Source: an uncultured candidatus Porisulfidus sp.
Lineage (GTDB): Bacteria; Pseudomonadota; Gammaproteobacteria; Poriferisulfidales; Poriferisulfidaceae
Assembly: GCA_965199755.1 (NCBI GenBank)
Contig: CBDASZ010000001.1
Location: 737,509-801,508, forward strand
Direction of reading: 5' to 3'
DNA length: 64,000 nucleotides
How positions within the stretch are numbered: the first letter of the stretch is position 1; the number at the start of each line of letters is the position of its first letter. The notes under the pieces are model-generated. The model saw only the letters and a list, made by a program, of their open reading frames with translations, had not been told where the DNA came from and ran no database searches. Shown piece by piece: positions 1 through 9,099 of the stretch. The position numbers were made by a program, and so were the translations under genes.

Positions 1-1
1 C

Positions 2-832
2 GACATCTTCCCGACGCGAAGCGAGGGCGTGCGGCAGATCAGCAGGGCGCTGCAAGGCACTTTGGGCAAGGAGCAGGTGCTGTTTTTCTCATCCGATCTG
101 GAGTTTGTCGACTACCCGGAGCGTCAGGCCGAGACGGTTGGCTCCATGAACTGGTACGCCTCCGCGCATCTGGCTGCGCGTCTGGTCAAGCATGGCATCT
201 TCATTGATGTAGGCAGCACGACCACAGATCTGATTCAGATCAGGGATCATCAGGTGCACATCAGTAGCTATACCGATGCGGAGCGTCTCAAGAGTGGCGA
301 GTTGCTGTATACCGGCGTGGTGCGCACTCCGCTTATGAGTCTGGCACCGCAAGTCGAGATCGACGGACAGCCTTGCAATCTGATGGCGGAGCATTTCGCC
401 ATCATGGCCGATGCCTACAACTTGCTCGGCATGCTGCCGGAAGCCTTGATTCCTTATGACACGCCGGACGGTGACGGCTGCTCCCGCTTCGAGTCCGCGC
501 GTCGCATGGCGCGCATGATCGGACGCGACTGCGAGGAAGATGACGCGCTGGACGAATGGGTCGCGCTGGCGCGAACTTTCGCTGACATGCAATGTGCGCG
601 CATTGTCGAGACCTTGAGTCACGTTAACACCGCCGAGAGTCCGGTGCTGGTCGGAACCGGGACCGGGCGTTTTGTTCTGGAGCGTGTCGCCCGCGAGAGC
701 CAGATGACCTACTACGACATCAACACACTGCTCGACACGCGCGGCATGGTGTCGGGGTCGTTCACGTTGGCGGATTGCCTTCCGGCCTATGCCGTCGCCG
801 AGTTGTTTCGGCGAGGCCATGCGGATCACTGA
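2..832 (+). CDS. ASKHA-fold hydantoinase/oxoprolinase-like protein, 5'-truncated by the window edge. It resembles the H4MPT-linked C1-transfer pathway family.
   Basis: Frame 2 is open back to the window start. The N-terminal 'FIDVGSTTTD' and C-terminal 'LVGTGTGRF' glycine-rich motifs are typical of the acetate/sugar kinase-Hsp70-actin fold. The stop overlaps the pabB start region. The family assignment is from memory and is not certain. Confidence 0.4.
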   Translation, partial: DIFPTRSEGVRQISRALQGTLGKEQVLFFSSDLEFVDYPERQAETVGSMNWYASAHLAARLVKHGIFIDVGSTTTDLIQIRDHQVHISSYTDAERLKSGELLYTGVVRTPLMSLAPQVEIDGQPCNLMAEHFAIMADAYNLLGMLPEALIPYDTPDGDGCSRFESARRMARMIGRDCEEDDALDEWVALARTFADMQCARIVETLSHVNTAESPVLVGTGTGRFVLERVARESQMTYYDINTLLDTRGMVSGSFTLADCLPAYAVAELFRRGHADH

Positions 833-2177
833 ACTTCCCTGGCACGCCGACCCGACGCGCCGGTTTCAACAGTTTGCCGATCAGCCCTGGTCGGTGCTGC
901 TCGACAGTTGCCACGATCAAAGTGGGCAGGGCCGTTTTGATATTTTCGCGGCGGCCCCTTATGCGACCTTCGAGGCGACCGGCTCACAAGCGATTCTGGG
1001 TCGCGGTCAGGAGCGACAGATACTGCGCGGCAATCCGTTCGCGCTTCTGAAGCAGCAACTGGCCCCGATGGGTGAACCAGCACCGGATCTGCCATTTTGT
1101 GGTGGCGCGATTGGCTACTTCAGCTACGAACTGGGACGCACGTGCGTGGAATTGTCGCCAGCACCACCGGGGACACTGCCGTACCCGGAACTGGCAGTCG
1201 GGCTGTATGACTGGGCTGTCATCGGGGATCATCAGCGCCAGCAGTGCTTTCTGGTGTCACAAGGCCGCGCGCATGAAACACAACTGATCTGGGATGAGCT
1301 GGTCGAGAAGTTGTCGGATGAGCGTCCTGCGCCGCCCACTTCTTATCATCTGCGTGAACCGCTACGCAGCAACCTCGATCAGGATGAGTACGGCGAAGCT
1401 TTTACTCAGGTGCGACGGCATATTGAGGCCGGCGACTGCTATCAGGTGAATCTGGCGCAGCGCTTTGCCGCGCCGAGCGAAGGCCGACTGTGGTCGGTGT
1501 ACCCTGAAGTGCGTCAGCACAATCCCGCGCCGTTTTCTGCTTACTTCCACCACCCGCAAGTGGAAATCGCCAGCGCCTCGCCGGAACGCTTCCTGCAGGT
1601 ACGCGACGGCCGTGTCGAGACCCGACCGATCAAAGGCACGATGCGCCGCATCCCCGGACAAGAGTCGGAGCACTGCGCGCAGTTGCGCGATAGCGTCAAG
1701 GATCGTGCGGAGAATCTGATGATCGTCGACCTGCTGCGCAACGATCTGGGCAAAAATTGCATGCAGGGCAGTGTGACGGTGCCGGAATTGTTCACGGTCG
1801 AGAGTTTCGCCACGGTGCATCATCTGGTCAGCACGATCACCGGAGAGGTGCGTCCGGGACGGCACGCTCTGGAAGTATTGGAGGGCTGCTTCCCCGGGGG
1901 CTCGATCACCGGTGCGCCCAAGCGTTGCGTCATGGAGATCATCGAGCGTCTGGAGAGAACGCCGCGTGGCATTTATTGTGGCAGCCTTGCGTACATCGGT
2001 CTCGACGGCAATATGGACAGCAGCATCGCCATTCGCACGATTGTGCAAGCGAATCAGGAAAGCAGCCTGCATGCCGGCGGCGGCTTGACACACGGCTCGC
2101 AAATGGATGCCGAGTATCAGGAGTGTCTCGACAAGGCGGCCGCCATGCGCACGGTACTGGAGTCCTGCCTCTGTTAA
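789..2177 (+). CDS. pabB: Aminodeoxychorismate synthase component I (PabB; anthranilate synthase component I family).
   Basis: A 462-aa ORF with chorismate-binding-enzyme motifs 'GDCYQVNLAQRF', 'RPIKGT', 'AENLMIVDLLRNDL', 'GGSITGAPKRCVMEIIERLE' and 'RGIYCGSLAYIGLDGNMDSSIAIRT'. An alternative start at ATG 819 would overlap the upstream stop by 14 nt. Confidence 0.88.
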   Translation: MPSPSCFGEAMRITELPWHADPTRRFQQFADQPWSVLLDSCHDQSGQGRFDIFAAAPYATFEATGSQAILGRGQERQILRGNPFALLKQQLAPMGEPAPDLPFCGGAIGYFSYELGRTCVELSPAPPGTLPYPELAVGLYDWAVIGDHQRQQCFLVSQGRAHETQLIWDELVEKLSDERPAPPTSYHLREPLRSNLDQDEYGEAFTQVRRHIEAGDCYQVNLAQRFAAPSEGRLWSVYPEVRQHNPAPFSAYFHHPQVEIASASPERFLQVRDGRVETRPIKGTMRRIPGQESEHCAQLRDSVKDRAENLMIVDLLRNDLGKNCMQGSVTVPELFTVESFATVHHLVSTITGEVRPGRHALEVLEGCFPGGSITGAPKRCVMEIIERLERTPRGIYCGSLAYIGLDGNMDSSIAIRTIVQANQESSLHAGGGLTHGSQMDAEYQECLDKAAAMRTVLESCLC

Positions 2178-2207
2178 AATTCAGGAATTACTGCTAGGCG
2201 TGGGACT

Positions 2208-3437
2208 ATGGAACTGGAAATCTACCGTCAAGTGTTGCTGGCCGGATTCATCATCACAGTGATTCTGGGTGCTGTCACTTTCAAGACCAATTTCTGCACT
2301 ATGGGTGCGGTGTCGGATGTCGTCAATATGGGCGACACCGGGCGTCTGCGCGCCTGGGTGCTCGGCATGGCGGTCGCCGTGCTGGGCGTCACGATGTTGG
2401 AATATCTGAGTCTGGCGGACATGGCGTTGACGGCGAGCCCGGAGACGGGTAGGCCGCCTTATCGCGCCGCGGTGTTCCCGTGGCCGCGCTTTGTCCTCGG
2501 CGGGTTGCTGTTCGGCATCGGCATGACGCTGGGGTCAGGATGCGGCAATCGCACCATGGTGCGCATTGGCGGAGGCAACCTGAAGTCCATTCTGGTACTT
2601 CTGGCCATGGGCGTCGCGGGTTATCTGATGATCTTCACCAACTTTGGCTATTACGCATTCCTGCAGTGGATGGAACCGGTGTATGTGAATCTGCAGACGC
2701 TGGGCATCGCTGACCAGTCACTCGGCGCGGTGGCGAGCGGAGTGCTGGGACTGCCTGCCGCATCGGCGTCCTTGGGCGTGGGTCTGTTGGTGACGGTAAT
2801 CATGCTGGTGTGGATCTTGCGCGATCAGAGTTTCTTTCAGAATCGTGACAACGTGCTAGCCGGCGTAGTGCTGGGGCTGTGTGTGGCCGCGGCTTGGTAT
2901 GTTACCGCCGGCATGATGGGACAGGAATTGATTGATGAAGTCAGTTTTCTGGAAGGGGAAGAGCAGCCGTACGGTGTCGGCGCGCAGGCATTGACCTTTG
3001 TGCAGCCGGCGGCAGTGTTGATTCGCTACCTTGAGACCGGGCTGGCGTCGCGCTTTATCAGTTTCTCGTTGGTCGCAGGTGGTGGCGTGATTCTTGGCGC
3101 GTTTTTGTACGCGGTGCTGGCGCGCAAGTTTCGCTGGGAATGGTTCCAGTCGTTCAGTGATGTGGTGCGCCATGTGATCGGAGGGATGCTGATGGGCTTG
3201 GGCGGTGTGCTGTCGATCGGCTGCACGATTGGGCAGGCGGTCTCCGGCGTCTCGACGCTGGCATTGGGTTCGTTCATCACGTTTTTCTCGATTTATATCG
3301 GCAGTGCATTGACGATGAAGGTGCAGTACTACAAAATGGTCTACGAAGATGAGGCCACCGTTTTGGGCGCGTTGCTAACCGGCATGGCCGATCTGCGCCT
3401 GTTGCCCCAGAAATGGCGCCGCTACGAAGCGATTTGA
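2208..3437 (+). CDS. YeeE/YedE family inner-membrane transporter for sulfur-containing compounds (thiosulfate-uptake-like, two-domain).
   Basis: 409 aa and very hydrophobic. The N half has 'TNFCTMGAVSD' and the C half has 'LSIGCTIGQAVSG'; these are the duplicated conserved-Cys motifs of YeeE/YedE. Confidence 0.8.
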   Translation: MELEIYRQVLLAGFIITVILGAVTFKTNFCTMGAVSDVVNMGDTGRLRAWVLGMAVAVLGVTMLEYLSLADMALTASPETGRPPYRAAVFPWPRFVLGGLLFGIGMTLGSGCGNRTMVRIGGGNLKSILVLLAMGVAGYLMIFTNFGYYAFLQWMEPVYVNLQTLGIADQSLGAVASGVLGLPAASASLGVGLLVTVIMLVWILRDQSFFQNRDNVLAGVVLGLCVAAAWYVTAGMMGQELIDEVSFLEGEEQPYGVGAQALTFVQPAAVLIRYLETGLASRFISFSLVAGGGVILGAFLYAVLARKFRWEWFQSFSDVVRHVIGGMLMGLGGVLSIGCTIGQAVSGVSTLALGSFITFFSIYIGSALTMKVQYYKMVYEDEATVLGALLTGMADLRLLPQKWRRYEAI

Positions 3438-3446
3438 AAGAGATAC

Positions 3447-3523
3447 GGGTCGTTAGCTCAGTCAGGTAGAGCATCGGACTTTTAATCCGCTGGTCGCAGG
3501 TTCGATCCCTGCACGACCCACCA
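3447..3523 (+). tRNA. tRNA-Lys (anticodon UUU).
   Basis: Cloverleaf 'gggtcgt..agctcagtcaggtagagc..tcgga-ctTTTaa-tccgc..ggttcgatccc..acgaccc-a-cca'. It is close to E. coli tRNA-Lys. Confidence 0.9.
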
Positions 3524-3658
3524 TCATGCCGTATGAAATGAGAGGCATTGCCGGTTGCCGCGAAGGGCGGTTTTGCCCGCGCATTGTGTATAATCCGAGA
3601 ACGGCATAACCTATGGCGTATAGGCCGTTGGAGAGACAAAGCAATTCAGGAGATTGCC

Positions 3659-5959
3659 ATGACGCAAGTATCAAAAATAAAAGTCCCTGAAGGACATTCC
3701 CTGCATCATGTGTGTTGCCCACATGACTGCCCCGACACCTGCTCCATGCTGGTGATGCGCGACGACAGTACCGGTCGTGCCGTGCGGGTTCAGGGCGATC
3801 CCACGCATCCGGTTACACGCGGGTATCTGTGCAACAAGGTCAACCACTATCTGGACCTGGTCTACAACGACAATCGGGTTCTGTATCCCCACAAACGAGT
3901 AGGCCCGAAAGGCCCCGGTGCCAAGTTCGAGCGCATCAGCTGGGACGAGGCGCTGGATATGGTCACCGACAATTTCAAGGAAGTCGTCGAAGAGTACGGC
4001 GCGGAAGCCGTACAACCGTATTCCTATTCCGGCACGCTTGGCATGCTGGGTTATTGGACCATGGATCAGCGTTTCTGGAACAAGATGGGCGCGGCGCGGC
4101 TGGAACAGTCGATTTGCATATATGCCGCCATGTGGGCGGGCATCCACACGTATGGCGTAGCGAACGGGCCGGCCATTCAGGATGCCGCGACCGCTGCGGA
4201 ACTGATTGTGCTGTGGGGGGCCAATCTGGTCAGCACCGGCGTGCATGCGATTCCGTTTATCCGTGAGGCGCAGGAACGTGGAGCCAAACTGGTGGTCATC
4301 GATCCGCGCATGACGCGCACCACCATGATGGCCGACTGGCACATTCAGCCGAAGCCGGGCACGGATGCCGCGCTGGCGCTGGGTGCGATGAAAATCATTG
4401 TTGATCGCGGGTTGCATGACGTTGAATTTCTGAAAGAGCAAACCCATGGCTGGGAAGAGTTCCTTGAGAAGAAACTCCCTGAATATCCGGTGGAGCGCGT
4501 GGCTGAAATTACGGGCTTGTCCGAGGAAGATATCGAGAAGTTCGCGTTGCTGTACGCCAGCACCAAGAAATCATTCATCCGCGCCAACTACGGCCTGAAC
4601 CGGCATCAGAACTCCGGGCAGACTTGTCGTGCGGTTCTGGTGATGCCTTGCATTACTGGCGCGTGGCGTGAGCCTTTAGGCGGTGCTGCCTTCGGCACGC
4701 TGGAGGAGATGTGGCTGAGTTTCAATATGGAGAAACTGCAGCGGCAGGCCGAACTCGGCGATCGTGCGAACAGCCGCCGCATCAATATGGTGCAGGTGGG
4801 ACGAGCGCTGGCGGACAACATCGGCGACACCGACGGCGAGCAAATGGACCCGCCGATCAAATCGCTGTTTGTCTACAACTCGGACCCCGCAAACTGCGCG
4901 CCCAACTCCGGCAATGTACGCCGAGGGCTGATGCGCGATGATCTGTTCGTGGCGGTGCATGAGACTTTCTGGACCGACACCTGCAACTATGCCGATGTGG
5001 TGCTGCCGGCTGACACGCAGCTGGAGCGTATGGATCTGCATGCGGCGTACGGGCACTGGCACTTCAATTTCAACAAGCCGGTGATTGACCCACTGGGCGA
5101 GAGTTGCCCGAACACGGAATTGTTCCGGCGTCTGGCGCAGAAGATGGGCTACGTTGAAGATACCGGAGATGCCTTCACCCAGACCGATGAGGAAATCATC
5201 CGCGACATCATGGTCAATGATGATGGCTTCAACCCGCTGATGGAAGGCGTGGAGTACGAGGATCTGGTCGAGAACGGCTGGGCGCGTGCGAACGACACCT
5301 CCGAACGCCGGGACTTCATGAAGATTGGTTGGCCCACGACCAGTAAGAAGATCGAGATCTACAGCGAGGCGCTGAAAGATCTGGGACAGGATCCGCTGCC
5401 GACCTACAACCCGGAAATCAACGGACAGGAAGATCCGAAACGTGAGAAGTATCCGATTCAGGTATTGAGTTCGGCTGCGCATTACTTCATTGGGGATTCC
5501 TTCCAGTCGGTACCGAGACTGCAGGCGATGATGTCACGGCCGACCGTGGAACTCAGCGTCGGCGATGCTCGCGAACGCGGCATTGAAGATGGCGATCTGG
5601 TACGGCTGTTCAATGATCAGGGCGAGACTTTCTGCTACGCCGTGGTTATTGAGGGGCTGCTGGATGGCGTGTGCGCGACCCAGAAGCAATTCAAGGGCAG
5701 CAACACCCCAGGCGGCATCAATGTCAATGTCTTGAATACGGAGATACTGACGGACTTCGGTGAAAGCCCGACGTTTTATTCGTGTCTCGCAGAGATCGAG
5801 AAAGCCGATGATGAGGCAGTGCGCAAGGCGCGTCTTGATGAGTTGGGCGGTGCCGAGGGCTACATTGCCGCATGGCGCAACAAAAACCGAGATGCGGACG
5901 CCACAGACGAACAAATTCTTGAATATGCCAAACAAGAACATCCAGGAGTGTTTAACTGA
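3659..5959 (+). CDS. Molybdopterin (bis-PGD) oxidoreductase of the MopB superfamily. It is cytoplasmic, has an N-terminal Fe-S Cys cluster, and its substrate is unknown.
   Basis: The SD 'caggag' lies 7 nt upstream of ATG 3659. The N-terminal 'CCPHDCPDTCSM' Cys motif is like those of formate-dehydrogenase/NasA-type enzymes. There is no Tat signal. The size (766 aa) and overall features resemble uncharacterised YoaE/YyaE-like Mo enzymes. The longer ORF from 3548 is rejected because it overlaps the promoter/leader region. Confidence 0.75.
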   Translation: MTQVSKIKVPEGHSLHHVCCPHDCPDTCSMLVMRDDSTGRAVRVQGDPTHPVTRGYLCNKVNHYLDLVYNDNRVLYPHKRVGPKGPGAKFERISWDEALDMVTDNFKEVVEEYGAEAVQPYSYSGTLGMLGYWTMDQRFWNKMGAARLEQSICIYAAMWAGIHTYGVANGPAIQDAATAAELIVLWGANLVSTGVHAIPFIREAQERGAKLVVIDPRMTRTTMMADWHIQPKPGTDAALALGAMKIIVDRGLHDVEFLKEQTHGWEEFLEKKLPEYPVERVAEITGLSEEDIEKFALLYASTKKSFIRANYGLNRHQNSGQTCRAVLVMPCITGAWREPLGGAAFGTLEEMWLSFNMEKLQRQAELGDRANSRRINMVQVGRALADNIGDTDGEQMDPPIKSLFVYNSDPANCAPNSGNVRRGLMRDDLFVAVHETFWTDTCNYADVVLPADTQLERMDLHAAYGHWHFNFNKPVIDPLGESCPNTELFRRLAQKMGYVEDTGDAFTQTDEEIIRDIMVNDDGFNPLMEGVEYEDLVENGWARANDTSERRDFMKIGWPTTSKKIEIYSEALKDLGQDPLPTYNPEINGQEDPKREKYPIQVLSSAAHYFIGDSFQSVPRLQAMMSRPTVELSVGDARERGIEDGDLVRLFNDQGETFCYAVVIEGLLDGVCATQKQFKGSNTPGGINVNVLNTEILTDFGESPTFYSCLAEIEKADDEAVRKARLDELGGAEGYIAAWRNKNRDADATDEQILEYAKQEHPGVFN

Positions 5960-7074
5960 TGATGCAGGACAATCTTGAGCAATACCGCGATCCGCTGAGC
6001 CTGCCGGTTCCTGATCGCCTCATCCAGACCCTGCGGGTTGGCTTCAGTGAAGGAGAGATCACCCGTATCCGAAACCTGACGCATGACACCTATGAGGTGG
6101 TCGTCACGGTAGAGGAGCCGCGGCTCGCTGGCAACGCCGGTCAATTCTGGACCTTGCGCGTGCCGGGTATTCGCAAGCCACGCCCGTACTCGTTCGCGCG
6201 AGCGCCGGAATCAGAGGCTCCGGGGGAACATACCTTTTTTATCCGGCTGGTGCCGGGGGGTGAGTTGTCCGAATGGCTCGAAGGCGGCAGTCGCGTCGGA
6301 GAGAAAGTCACCTTGTCCGGTCCGCTTGGCAAGTTTGGGCTGGACCCGTCAATGGACGACATGGTGTGCATCGCGGGCGGCTCTGGCATGAGCGCGGTGT
6401 TCTCGGTGATCGAACATGCGGCCAATCTTCAGGTGCCGCGGAATTGTTATTTCTTCTACGGTGCCCGCGCCCGACAGGATCTGTATCTGGAAGAGGAAAT
6501 CGAGGCGCTGAAGCAGCGCTGGCACCCGGATTACACGCTGGAATTTGTGCAAGTGCTCAGTGAGGAGCCGGAAGATTCCGACTGGGATGGTGGTCGCGGC
6601 ATGGTGACCGATTACGTCAAGCAGAACTACCTGGACTCCGGGAAGCTGGACATCAATGAGATCAAGGCTTATTTCTGCGGCCCGCCGCCGATGATTGATG
6701 CGGGCATTGCGGTGCTGCAGGATGCCGGACTCAGCAAGGCCAACATCTATTACGACAAGTTCGAGGACGCTCGCTCACCCTTGCCGGTGATCGACAACAC
6801 CAAGTGCGTGTTGTGCGATGAGTGCTTGATGGTCAAGCCTGTGAGCAACTGCATTGTGGAAGTGTCGCAACTGCGCGGCAATGGCGATGCGGCGGGCACG
6901 ATGGAGTTCGAGCGCGTTGAGCCGTCTGCGACTTCGGGGCTGTACTACAACACGCTGTATATCAATGAGCGTGAGTGCATCCGGTGTTATGCGTGCGTGG
7001 AAATCTGCCCGGCCGAGGCGATATCACCAGACTTCAAGTCGACGCCGACGACCCTGGCCAAAGTCATCAAATAA
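5959..7074 (+). CDS. FNR-like FAD/NAD(P)H-binding oxidoreductase with a C-terminal di-cluster ([3Fe-4S]/[4Fe-4S]) ferredoxin domain. It is the probable electron-transfer partner of the Mo enzyme.
   Basis: Its start overlaps the upstream stop (ATGA). It has an 'RPYSFA' flavin motif and a 'GGSGMS' NAD(P) motif. The C-terminus has 'CVLCDECLMVKP' (missing the 4th Cys) and 'CIRCYACVEICP'. Confidence 0.75.
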   Translation: MMQDNLEQYRDPLSLPVPDRLIQTLRVGFSEGEITRIRNLTHDTYEVVVTVEEPRLAGNAGQFWTLRVPGIRKPRPYSFARAPESEAPGEHTFFIRLVPGGELSEWLEGGSRVGEKVTLSGPLGKFGLDPSMDDMVCIAGGSGMSAVFSVIEHAANLQVPRNCYFFYGARARQDLYLEEEIEALKQRWHPDYTLEFVQVLSEEPEDSDWDGGRGMVTDYVKQNYLDSGKLDINEIKAYFCGPPPMIDAGIAVLQDAGLSKANIYYDKFEDARSPLPVIDNTKCVLCDECLMVKPVSNCIVEVSQLRGNGDAAGTMEFERVEPSATSGLYYNTLYINERECIRCYACVEICPAEAISPDFKSTPTTLAKVIK

Positions 7075-7076
7075 AG

Positions 7077-7862
7077 CTAAGCCAGCGACTCCAGACGCTT
7101 TAGCATCGCTTCCATAATTTTAGGTGAGGCGGCAATGATGTTGCCGCTCTCCAACGGCGAGTCATCGCTTTCGATCTGACGCACGAGGGCACCGGATTCT
7201 TGCGCCAGCACCATGCCGGCGGCAATGTCCCAAGGGTTCAGGTCGAACTCCCAGAAACCATCAAAACGTCCCGCTGCGACGTAAGCCAGGTCCAGCGCTG
7301 CAGAGCCGGCCCGGCGAATGCCGGCGGTATCGGGGACCAGAACCTTCAAGGTTTCCAGATATTGGGCGAGATCGGAGCCTTCACGAAAAGGGAAGCCAGT
7401 TGCCAGTAGCGCGTCGTGCAGACTGTTGGCTTGCCGGGCGCGGATGCGATGGCCATTCAACTTCGCGCCGCGGCCGCGCATGGCGGTGAACAGTTCCTGC
7501 TTGAACGGGTCGTAGACCACGCCCAGCATCAGTGTGTCATGGTGCTGCAAGGCAATAGATACGGCATAGTGCGGAATGCCAAACAGAAAATTGGTGGTGC
7601 CGTCGAGAGGATCCACCAGCCATTGATACTCTGAATCTCGCAGCGCATCCGGGGAAGTCTCCTCGGTGCGAATGCCGTAGTCCGGATAAGCGCGCTGCAG
7701 GCAGGTGACGATGACTTGCTCCGCCTCACGATCGACACTGGTGACGAAGTCATGCGCGCCTTTGCGCGCGACCTCAATGCGGTCGGTGAACTTGTGATGG
7801 CGAATAATGACCTTGCCGGCATCCTGTGCGGCACTCACGGCGATGTTCAGCAGCGCTTCCAT
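7077..7862 (-). CDS. suhB: Inositol monophosphatase family protein SuhB.
   Basis: 261 aa. It carries the IMPase motifs 'WLVDPLDGTTNF' and 'DYGIRTEE' plus 'AAGMVLAQESGA'. Confidence 0.88.
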   Translation of the reverse strand: MEALLNIAVSAAQDAGKVIIRHHKFTDRIEVARKGAHDFVTSVDREAEQVIVTCLQRAYPDYGIRTEETSPDALRDSEYQWLVDPLDGTTNFLFGIPHYAVSIALQHHDTLMLGVVYDPFKQELFTAMRGRGAKLNGHRIRARQANSLHDALLATGFPFREGSDLAQYLETLKVLVPDTAGIRRAGSAALDLAYVAAGRFDGFWEFDLNPWDIAAGMVLAQESGALVRQIESDDSPLESGNIIAASPKIMEAMLKRLESLA

Positions 7863-7987
7863 GGCAAGGTGGCCGGTGTTGTGGCGTGCTGATTTCAGAC
7901 GGTAATTCGGAGGCGATTGTAACAGGCGGCCTGATGGCTACGCGATGCTTGCCTACAATAGGCAGGTTTGAGTGAGGAAGATCGACG

Positions 7988-8704
7988 ATGACACGGCCCG
8001 GTCACATGATGACACAAAGCCTGCTGGGACTGTGTGTTGTGGCGGAACTGTGCTATTGGCAATGGGATGTGTTGCAAGAAGTATATTTCAGCGCCCTGAT
8101 GATGCCGTGGACCTGGATCGTTGTTGGAGTGCTCGCAATCGTATTAGTGATTGCCTTGGTGCATGGGCTGTTTCTGTTGTACTCCTATATTCGGGAGGAC
8201 GCGGCGATTGATGCTTTCACAGAGCAGTTGGACTTCACGTTGACTGCGGCGGGGCTTGCCAGCATTCGCAAAAGCCTGATCGTGTCGCGCTATCGGGCAG
8301 TACAGCAAAGCCGGGGAAGTTCTGATTGTCTGGCCGTACTGTCTTCCTTGTTATGGCGCCAAGAGAAGACACGCGCGGAGCTGTTGTTGCTGGCGCGCAG
8401 AGTGATGCTGGGGGCGGGTTTGATCGGTGCGGTGGCAGAGTTCGCTGTATTGATGTATGGGTTCAACACGGGAGAGTTGATGAGCGCGCTGGACTGGAGG
8501 TTGTGGGGCACCTTGCTGGTTCACGACATACAAATGGTGGTCTCATTCGCGGCGATTGCTTTGGCCGGCTATCTGGTGTTGTTGCTGTTGGATTCCCGCG
8601 TGACGAGGAGTCGAGAATACGTTTGTCAGCGTATTGATGAGATGAGTGTGCGGCAGCTGGTGCCGAGGCTGTCTGAGCGGTCTTCCGCGACGGAAGGTCA
8701 ATAA
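7988..8704 (+). CDS. Hypothetical 3-TM inner-membrane protein. Its topology is reminiscent of the MotA/TolQ/ExbB family, but there is no partner gene.
   Basis: The SD 'gaggaag' lies 8 nt upstream. It has one N-terminal TM helix, a cytoplasmic loop of about 60 aa, and two C-terminal TM helices. I did not recognise any conserved motif. Confidence 0.4.
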   Translation: MTRPGHMMTQSLLGLCVVAELCYWQWDVLQEVYFSALMMPWTWIVVGVLAIVLVIALVHGLFLLYSYIREDAAIDAFTEQLDFTLTAAGLASIRKSLIVSRYRAVQQSRGSSDCLAVLSSLLWRQEKTRAELLLLARRVMLGAGLIGAVAEFAVLMYGFNTGELMSALDWRLWGTLLVHDIQMVVSFAAIALAGYLVLLLLDSRVTRSREYVCQRIDEMSVRQLVPRLSERSSATEGQ

Positions 8705-8846
8705 TCTGCCTGGAGGCGGCCTCTGAGTGGGCATCCTTGAATGGTATTGATATCATTCCGCCACTGCTTCTGCTATAAATCCCATTTATTTTCATTAAGA
8801 TAAATACTTTTATTAAGATTTGCGCCATTGCATAAGGGAGTATCGG

Positions 8847-8960
8847 ATGTTTAAAAGATATGTTCCCCATTCGCAACCAGTATCTGCTGCCGTAATGAGC
8901 CTCCTGGTTCAAGTAACACGCAAGACATTCAAGGAGAGAAGAAGCGCATTCGTAGTTTAA
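8847..8960 (+). CDS. Small ORF (37 aa) inside a low-GC intergenic islet; hypothetical.
   Basis: A strong SD 'aagggag' lies 7 nt upstream of the ATG. Its composition is atypical for this genome. It has no recognisable family and may not be expressed. Confidence 0.2.
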   Translation: MFKRYVPHSQPVSAAVMSLLVQVTRKTFKERRSAFVV

Positions 8961-9099
8961 AAACTTACGATATGGAAGCCGCAGTTTGTTAAAATGCCTG
9001 ACCGAACAGGCTGGAATTTTAGGCGCTCCTCGTTGTCCAAAATAGAGCAAAAGCACCAAGCCTCTGCATTCTGACGAAATAACGCGATCATCAATCCCT

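Noticed and set aside
789-819. Choice of pabB start (ATG 789 vs ATG 819).
   Set aside because: This is unresolved rather than rejected. Neither start has a strong SD. 789 is listed as the feature start; 819 gives an N-terminus of a length closer to E. coli PabB.
89-829. Long antisense ORFs inside well-conserved genes, e.g. 89..829(-), 1362..2102(-), 4676..5482(-), 15626..16255(-), 42913..43506(-), 55688..56212(-).
   Set aside because: These are typical stop-poor antisense frames of high-GC DNA. Each lies opposite a gene with clear family motifs.
3462-3722. 86-aa minus-strand ORF and the N-terminal 37 codons of the 3548..5959 ORF.
   Set aside because: It overlaps tRNA-Lys and the promoter/leader. 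The real Mo-enzyme start is ATG 3659, which has the SD 'caggag'.
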